Origin: a virus
Lineage: Duplodnaviria; Heunggongvirae; Uroviricota; Caudoviricetes
Strand: one strand, 5' to 3'
Virus record (IMG/VR): IMGVR_UViG_2698536549_000026
Length of the DNA: 31,217 nucleotides
Each line of letters opens with the position of its first letter. Position 1 is the stretch's first letter. Under the pieces are notes generated by a model. That model had not been told where the DNA came from and made no database searches. It was given only the letters and a program-made list of their open reading frames with translations. The position numbers and the translations under genes were made by a program. Positions 26,244-31,217 of the stretch are shown here, one piece after another.

Positions 26244-26798
26244 TCAGTCCGGTAACAGTTCACAGAGCACTGCGTCAGTTGCGGTGCGGCGGTGGTAGAG
26301 ATGAAACGCCGCATCGTCGTTAATGTGCATCTGTATCGTGCTGTTGATGTGTTCAGCGATCATGCAGAACGTCATGTTGTGTATGTCGCGTAGCTCCGTG
26401 ACCAGCTCAACCAGATGATCGCTGTATCTGGCGCAATGGTGGTTCTCACCGCATTTTTTCAGGTTGTAACCCCGTTTACGCAGTGTGTACCTCACTGTGC
26501 ACTCACTGCATCCCACTTCCAGAGCCATTTCCTGTGCGGTTTTTACATGACGGTTTTTAATAAGAAAGGCTATGGCTTCTGTACTCAGTGGTGCTTTTCT
26601 CTTGCGGCCAATCAGCCCACGATTACGTAAAAAACGAATCCGGTACATAACTGCTTTACGGGTTCGCTGAATTCGTTCAGCCATCTGATGTGTGTTGTGT
26701 TCCTGATAAAGCGAGATGAGTAACCGATCTTCCTGCTGTGTCCACGCCTTCACATGTGCCGGGGCTTTGCCCGGTATTCCCATTGGTGTAAGTCTCAT
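26244..26798 (-). CDS. putative DNA-binding protein with two HTH-like segments
   Basis: 184 aa with two segments resembling HTH/region-4-like motifs (THQMAERIQRTRKAVMYRIRFLRNRG and AQEMALEVGCSECTVRYTLRKRGYNL). Early-operon position. Family uncertain. Confidence 0.45.
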   Translation of the reverse strand: MRLTPMGIPGKAPAHVKAWTQQEDRLLISLYQEHNTHQMAERIQRTRKAVMYRIRFLRNRGLIGRKRKAPLSTEAIAFLIKNRHVKTAQEMALEVGCSECTVRYTLRKRGYNLKKCGENHHCARYSDHLVELVTELRDIHNMTFCMIAEHINSTIQMHINDDAAFHLYHRRTATDAVLCELLPD

Positions 26799-26824
26799 CG
26801 CGATAACCTCCGTTACTGTTCCGG

Positions 26825-27037
26825 TTATTCGGTCGGGTTCAGGGTGTAATCAATGGCGTTTTCAATACGGCGTTTAAGGTCCCGGTGGATCTCACCTGGT
26901 GTTACTGGTGCGCCCGGACCGCTCAGCGTTGCCGTGAAGTCGTCGATTTCCTCCAGTAACAGATTGCGGAGTACGGCGATGTGGTGGCGTGCGTCTTTAC
27001 CGGGTTTACGTGCGTTGGTGGTGTACTTGCTGATCAT
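26825..27037 (-). CDS. hypothetical small early protein
   Basis: ORF track gives 26825..27076. Internal ATG at 27037 forms an ATGA overlap with the upstream gene stop, giving about 70 aa. Confidence 0.4.
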   Translation of the reverse strand: MISKYTTNARKPGKDARHHIAVLRNLLLEEIDDFTATLSGPGAPVTPGEIHRDLKRRIENAIDYTLNPTE

Positions 27038-27291
27038 GGCCGCAGCTCTCCGTGGGCTTGTGTTTCTGATTTCCATGCCCCTCTGATGGTCATTACTTCG
27101 CGAACGGTACTGGCAATCGCGGTGATTTGTGTTCCGTCAGCCAGATGGATGTAGAGATAATCAGCGTCTGACGGGCACGGCGTGGTCGTTGTGATCAAAT
27201 GACTTTCCACCATGAACTCGTGGCCCACGGCATCGGTGAAACGCGTCAGCATGGTGGCGGTAAATATGCTGTTCATCGACCTGCCCCTCAC
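27034..27291 (-). CDS. hypothetical small early protein
   Basis: 85 aa. ATGA overlap with the upstream gene stop at 27288-27291. Confidence 0.4.
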   Translation of the reverse strand: MRGRSMNSIFTATMLTRFTDAVGHEFMVESHLITTTTPCPSDADYLYIHLADGTQITAIASTVREVMTIRGAWKSETQAHGELRP

Positions 27292-27566
27292 GCTGAAAAC
27301 TGGCCGGACTGTGCCCGGAGTTCTGCCAGTTCGCGCTCGAGGCGCAGGTTTTTCATATAGAGTTCACTGATGGTCTGTTTTGCTGTCACCATTGCCATGC
27401 TTTGCATTTGCAGGGCCATGTAAGTAGCAAAATGCTTGTCTTTATCTATTTCTGATATTCTTTCATCCAGTACATTGGTTATTTCAGTCAGCGTTTTTTG
27501 CGTCAATTCAATATGCGCCGGGTCGGTAAATAGTTTGTTTATTTCTGTAGGTGTATTGGTGCTCAT
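27288..27566 (-). CDS. hypothetical small early protein, predicted coiled coil
   Basis: 92 aa with heptad-like C-terminus (ELYMKNLRLERELAELRAQ). AT-rich region. Confidence 0.4.
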   Translation of the reverse strand: MSTNTPTEINKLFTDPAHIELTQKTLTEITNVLDERISEIDKDKHFATYMALQMQSMAMVTAKQTISELYMKNLRLERELAELRAQSGQFSA

Positions 27567-27645
27567 AGCTGTTTCTCCGTTTCTGGATTGAGTGAAGCCC
27601 TCCGCAGATGCGGATGGTTTTAATGTTTTCTGTCCGGTTGGTTAT

Positions 27646-27771
27646 TTATTTACGGCGTTCTTCGCCAGTAAATAAAGATTCGATATTTTTCAGCGCTTCG
27701 ATAATTCGCATAATGCCAATCGCCATAAGCACGGAAATAATCAGAATCACCCATGAAAGAAATACGCTCAT
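27646..27771 (-). CDS. small single-pass membrane peptide (41 aa), not in the ORF track
   Basis: Translated by hand: MSVFLSWVILIISVLMAIGIMRIIEALKNIESLFTGEERRK. ATG at 27769-27771 overlaps the stop of the 80-aa gene (ATGA). Hydrophobic N-terminal helix, charged tail, stop TAA at 27646-27648. Confidence 0.4.
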   Translation of the reverse strand: MSVFLSWVILIISVLMAIGIMRIIEALKNIESLFTGEERRK

Positions 27772-28010
27772 GCTGCATTCCCAAGTGCGTATGGCTCAAT
27801 ATGTACTCCGCATTCTGCATCACGAACAAGCTCAGACAGCTCATTGAGAGCATCCAGATCGTCAGCGTAAAAAGCTGCGTCATACAGGCTGCGAATTGCT
27901 CTGGTCAGTGAGTCTCTTGCTGCATGTTCTGCGGCAACTCCTGACATACTCAGGCGAAAGTTAAAGCGCTCAAGGGCTTTATTGATGAGAACCTTATATT
28001 CTTTGTCCAT
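27768..28010 (-). CDS. hypothetical small early protein
   Basis: 80-aa ORF, co-oriented in the early operon. Confidence 0.4.
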   Translation of the reverse strand: MDKEYKVLINKALERFNFRLSMSGVAAEHAARDSLTRAIRSLYDAAFYADDLDALNELSELVRDAECGVHIEPYALGNAA

Positions 28011-28030
28011 TGTATTTCCCCGGAAAACAA

Positions 28031-28285
28031 TTAAACAAAATCGCTTAATGATTTACCTGATTCAATCTTCTCTATCGTGTCTTCAATAGCCATGTATGCG
28101 GCGTAATCGCCTGCGAGGTCGGCGCATTTCTGTAGCCCCTGTAATGCGCTGATGATATCTTCTTTTGCTTCCCATAAAGGTTTTGCTGTATTTAGTGCAT
28201 TACGGGCATTATTAGCTATGAGCCGGTGTATGATAATTGTGTAGGCTGATGCTATCTCTGCCATGTCTTTTGTCGTTGTTGCCAT
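28031..28285 (-). CDS. hypothetical small early protein
   Basis: 84-aa ORF, co-oriented in the early operon. Confidence 0.4.
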   Translation of the reverse strand: MATTTKDMAEIASAYTIIIHRLIANNARNALNTAKPLWEAKEDIISALQGLQKCADLAGDYAAYMAIEDTIEKIESGKSLSDFV

Positions 28286-28288
28286 GTA

Positions 28289-28675
28289 TTAATTCCCCCA
28301 TGGATGCTGAAAACTGCGACCGCTGATTAACCGGTCTGCCGTTCTTAATGCTTCGTGCAGGGTGAAATCCTGCCCGAACTGCTCATCTCCGCGAGTCAGG
28401 GAGTAACAGGTATTTCCGGTAATCGGGTTGCGTGCGCCTCTGTGTATGACAATTCCGGCATCATTAATCAGCCAGGTGTGTTTACCGGTTTGTTTAACCG
28501 GATGCCCGTCAGGTGTGGCGTGCGTTTCCTGCAGGCTATAGTGCGTGTTGCTGCGTGATGCACTGGTTGAGAAACGGGCTGCGTGGCGTTCTGTGCCAGT
28601 GCGGAAGTTGCGTCGCTGTGTCATATCGGAAAACCCGCTTAAGTTAAAAGAATTGAAATAACGGTGTATTGGCAT
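28289..28675 (-). CDS. hypothetical early protein
   Basis: 128-aa ORF. Start abuts the stop of the preceding gene. Confidence 0.45.
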   Translation of the reverse strand: MPIHRYFNSFNLSGFSDMTQRRNFRTGTERHAARFSTSASRSNTHYSLQETHATPDGHPVKQTGKHTWLINDAGIVIHRGARNPITGNTCYSLTRGDEQFGQDFTLHEALRTADRLISGRSFQHPWGN

Positions 28676-28906
28676 TTATGCCCAGTTGTCTTTTCTTATT
28701 ACTGTTTCATTCTGAAATCCTGTCTGCTCCATTGCATTTTTTAAGGACTCTTCTGTTTCAAATGTCACAACGATGCAATGGGTCGGGTAATGGAAATACA
28801 AATCGTTGCCAGCCCGAACAATGGCATCTAAGTTCTGATTACAGATTATTACTGAAGCGTCGTCGCTTATTTTTATTCTTTGTCTGATTTCCGTGTGTTT
28901 AATCAT
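28676..28906 (-). CDS. hypothetical small early protein (position of P2 orf78)
   Basis: 76-aa ORF immediately downstream of the cox-like gene, AT-rich. Confidence 0.45.
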   Translation of the reverse strand: MIKHTEIRQRIKISDDASVIICNQNLDAIVRAGNDLYFHYPTHCIVVTFETEESLKNAMEQTGFQNETVIRKDNWA

Positions 28907-28936
28907 CTTGCCCCTCCAATGATTGCCAGTTCTATA

Positions 28937-29362
28937 TCACGCAGCTTTTTTACTGATGCGTTTATTCCGTGAACCAGCTGCTGGCTTAAATAAAAAAAGT
29001 CGGTTTTCCCATTCGTGCCATTCTTGCGGTGCGTTTTCAGTGAGTCGATCGCAGGCTTCATCCCACGCTTTCCGGTTGATGTAGAGTTCGGCGTTTCCGC
29101 CAGGCTTGAGAGGGTCCGCCATGTACACAGCGGGTAATTTCCCTGCTTTTGCCATGCTCACGATGGCGTCAACGGTCTTGCCGATATACATCGCAAACCC
29201 TTCTTTTGACAGGAGATGAGAAGGGTTTTGTGAAAGCCTGATTTCCTGGCGTTCAGGGGCTTTGCGCCCGGTCTTTTGGTGTGCGGTTTCTGGCGCATCT
29301 GTCAACTGATCGCACTGTGTTTCGGCAGGCGATTCAGGCGCGTTTTGAGTGACTTCTTGCAT
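28937..29362 (-). CDS. cox: Cox-like excisionase / early transcriptional regulator
   Basis: ORF track gives 28937..29401. ATG at 29362 has GGAGG 8 nt upstream, giving about 141 aa. Segment FAMYIGKTVDAIVSMAKAGKLPAVYMADPLKPGGNAELYINRKAWDEA resembles P2 Cox (FAKLIGKSTGAVRRMIDKGKLPVIDMTDP...). First gene of the early operon, divergent from the repressor. Confidence 0.6.
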   Translation of the reverse strand: MQEVTQNAPESPAETQCDQLTDAPETAHQKTGRKAPERQEIRLSQNPSHLLSKEGFAMYIGKTVDAIVSMAKAGKLPAVYMADPLKPGGNAELYINRKAWDEACDRLTENAPQEWHEWENRLFLFKPAAGSRNKRISKKAA

Positions 29363-29477
29363 CTGGTATCCTCCGTTATTGGTGCTATTTCTATCTGGCA
29401 CTAGTTGGAACCACTTAGAACATTTCTTTTTATGTTCATATGTGGTATTAATCTACACATATGTAGGAGTTTGTCAA
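29363..29477. promoter_or_regulatory. immunity switch region between divergent cox-like and repressor genes (promoters/operators)
   Basis: 115-bp gap. Contains repeated CACTAG/CACTTAG elements (29399-29418) and palindrome CATATGTG-N11-CACATATG (29437-29463) centred on TATTAAT. Confidence 0.55.
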
Positions 29478-29744
29478 ATGGACATTCCTCAAAAAATTCG
29501 CGTCATGCGTAAATCTGAAGATCTCACTCAACGGGAGTTCGCTGATATGATTGGAATTTCTTACTCTGCTCTGACCAGTTATGAGTATGGTCGTAACCTT
29601 CCTGGTCTTGAGATCACTATCAAGCTTTTTAAGCACCCGAGATTTTCTAAATACCGAGACTGGTTTTTGTTCGATGAGGTCGAACCAAAGGCCGGACAGG
29701 TGGTGCCGGCTCTCGCACACATTGGGCAAAGCGAAGCTGAATAG
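29478..29744 (+). CDS. C-type immunity repressor paralogue, C-terminally truncated (88 aa)
   Basis: ORF track gives 29349..29744. ATG at 29478 has AGGAG upstream. MDIPQKIRVMRKSEDLTQREFADMIGISYSALTSYEYGRNLP...FSKYRDWFLFDEVEPKAGQVVPALAHIGQSEAE-stop. C-terminal 35 residues nearly identical to the downstream repressor, N-terminal HTH half divergent. Confidence 0.75.
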   Translation: MDIPQKIRVMRKSEDLTQREFADMIGISYSALTSYEYGRNLPGLEITIKLFKHPRFSKYRDWFLFDEVEPKAGQVVPALAHIGQSEAE

Positions 29745-29855
29745 TCCATCTGATACCCTCCGTTATTGGTGCTATTTCTATTAGCACTAGTTAGAGCCGC
29801 CTAGATTGTCTCTGGGTGTGTTTATTGATGCATAAACTAAGAGAGTTAACTTACT
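29745..29855. repeat. duplicated copy of the cox-proximal promoter/operator/RBS segment, between the two repressor genes
   Basis: 29748-29808 (CATCTGATACCCTCCGTTATTGGTGCTATTTCTATTAGCACTAGTTAGAGCCGCCTAG) is a near-copy of 29359-29420 (CATCTGGTATCCTCCGTTATTGGTGCTATTTCTATCTGGCACTAGTTGGAACCACTTAG). Confidence 0.7.
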
Positions 29856-30155
29856 ATGTCAACTAACGTAGGTGAAAAAATTAGAATCATGCGTAAGTCT
29901 GAAATGCTTACACAAGAAAAAATGGCTGAAATTACAGGGCTCACGGTAGCGGCCCTGCGTCAATATGAGCAGGGGAGAAATGAGCCAAATCTTGAATCCA
30001 CAAAAAAGCTGCTCAAGTCTCCCGTCTTCCGTAAATACCGTGACTGGTTTTTGTTCGATGAGGTCGAACCAAAGGCCGGGCAGGTGGTACCGGCTCTCGC
30101 ACACATTGGGCAAAGCGAAGCGGAATCATCCCACTCCGGCAAGAAGACTGGTTAA
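29856..30155 (+). CDS. C: immunity repressor, P2 C family
   Basis: 99 aa, MSTNVGEKIRIMRKSEMLTQEKMAEITGLTVAALRQYEQGRNEP...PALAHIGQSEAESSHSGKKTG. Closely parallels P2 C along its whole length (MSNTISEKIVLMRKSEYLSRQQLADLTG...PALAHFGQNETTSPHSGQKTG). Confidence 0.85.
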   Translation: MSTNVGEKIRIMRKSEMLTQEKMAEITGLTVAALRQYEQGRNEPNLESTKKLLKSPVFRKYRDWFLFDEVEPKAGQVVPALAHIGQSEAESSHSGKKTG

Positions 30156-30221
30156 CGGTCCATCTGGCCTTTATTTCTCAAAATTGTGATCAAGATGATG
30201 TTTTCATTGGGGGGCTTCCTT

Positions 30222-31217
30222 ATGTCGATTAAGAAGCTCGCTGATGGCAAATACTGTGTGGACGTGCGGCCTGCTGGATCTGAAGGAAGAAGATTTCGGC
30301 GGCGATTTCCTACCCGTGGTGAAGCGGCGATGTATGAACGCCATGTTCTGACGCATTATCACGATAAGGACTGGGTCGAAAAACCTATTGAACGTAAAGC
30401 GTTAAGCGATCTTCTGGAACTGTGGTGGGTGTACCACGGTAAGAATCATCGTTATGGCGCGATGAATCGGGTCAGAATTGAAGCGGTTCTTCGTGATATG
30501 CAAGAGCTTGGTATTAACAGAAGTGACCACTTAACCCGAAAAAATATTATCAGATATCGCCTTGAATTAATGAATCGCGGAATTAAGCAGTCAACGGTAA
30601 ATCGTTATTGTGCAATGATGAGCGGTTTCTTTGAAAAGCTGATTGATGTTGAAGAGTTTGTGGGTGATAACCCGTTTCACGAGATACGCAAGCTAACAAT
30701 TAATCAGCCGGAAATGGCTTATCTTGCACATGATGATATTCCCAGGCTAACCGCACTTTTATCTGGCGATAATCTTAAGGCTGTATTGTTAAGCTTGGCT
30801 ACAGGCGGGCGCTGGGGTGAAGTTGCCAATATTAAAGGTGAACACATAATTGGTGGGAAGGTTATTTTCATGGAGACAAAGAATGGATCGCGGCGGGTTA
30901 TTCCTATAGCTAAAGATCTTGAATCTCTGATTAAAGTCAAAGCGACGGGAAGATTAATGAACCCCAGTTATGCGATAGTCAGAAGTGCAATAAGGACTGT
31001 GCGGCCTGATTTACCAGTCGGTCAGTCTGTGCATGTTTTACGGCACACATTCGCAACTCATTTCATGATTAATGGAGGGAACATTATTACCCTTCAGCGT
31101 ATTTTAGGGCACAGCACAATTCAGCAGACAATGACCTATGCGCACTTTGCACCTGATTATCTCCAGGACGCGGTAAGGTTCAATCCGGTTGCGGAGTTGT
31201 CCAGATTTTGCCCATAA
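30222..31217 (+). CDS. int: tyrosine integrase (P2 Int family)
   Basis: ORF track gives 30186..31217 from a GTG. ATG at 30222 gives about 331 aa. C-terminal catalytic region HVLRHTFATHFMINGGNIITLQRILGHSTIQQTMTYAHFAP with conserved R...HxxR...Y. Stop at 31215-31217, so attP/attR lies just beyond the window. Confidence 0.9.
   Translation: MSIKKLADGKYCVDVRPAGSEGRRFRRRFPTRGEAAMYERHVLTHYHDKDWVEKPIERKALSDLLELWWVYHGKNHRYGAMNRVRIEAVLRDMQELGINRSDHLTRKNIIRYRLELMNRGIKQSTVNRYCAMMSGFFEKLIDVEEFVGDNPFHEIRKLTINQPEMAYLAHDDIPRLTALLSGDNLKAVLLSLATGGRWGEVANIKGEHIIGGKVIFMETKNGSRRVIPIAKDLESLIKVKATGRLMNPSYAIVRSAIRTVRPDLPVGQSVHVLRHTFATHFMINGGNIITLQRILGHSTIQQTMTYAHFAPDYLQDAVRFNPVAELSRFCP

Noticed and set aside
27650-27883. 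77-aa minus-strand ORF
   Set aside because: Overlaps the 80-aa gene in another frame. The same DNA encodes a coupled 41-aa membrane peptide with an ATGA overlap, which I consider more likely.
1-31217. CRISPR arrays, rRNA genes, IS elements
   Set aside because: No regularly spaced direct repeats, no rRNA-like sequence, and no transposase-like ORF. The only recombinase is the phage integrase.

Overview
The window is almost entirely one P2-family temperate prophage of an enterobacterial host, with a mosaic tail. All calls rest on reading the ORF translations, start-codon contexts and repeats by eye; no searches were run. Layout: tail fibre, baseplate, tape measure, lysis cassette, sheath/tube and tail-completion genes on the minus strand (1-15.0 kb); head genes L, M, N, O on the minus strand (15.0-18.4 kb); terminase P, portal Q and an Ogr-type zinc-finger activator on the plus strand (18.5-21.7 kb); a long translationally coupled early/replication operon on the minus strand, Cox-like down to replication initiator A plus three small genes beyond it (21.75-29.4 kb); then two tandem C-type repressor genes and a tyrosine integrase on the plus strand, ending at the window edge. 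Most worth a second look: (1) a duplicated immunity module giving two repressors with different DNA-binding halves; (2) three small coupled genes after A, at the position of the P2 tin/old accessory locus; (3) a repeat-rich structured non-coding element inside the early operon; (4) a -1 frameshift site in the tail assembly chaperone; (5) a DNA methyltransferase inside a lysis cassette that sits within the tail operon; (6) an untracked 41-aa membrane peptide. No rRNA, tRNA or CRISPR array was found.
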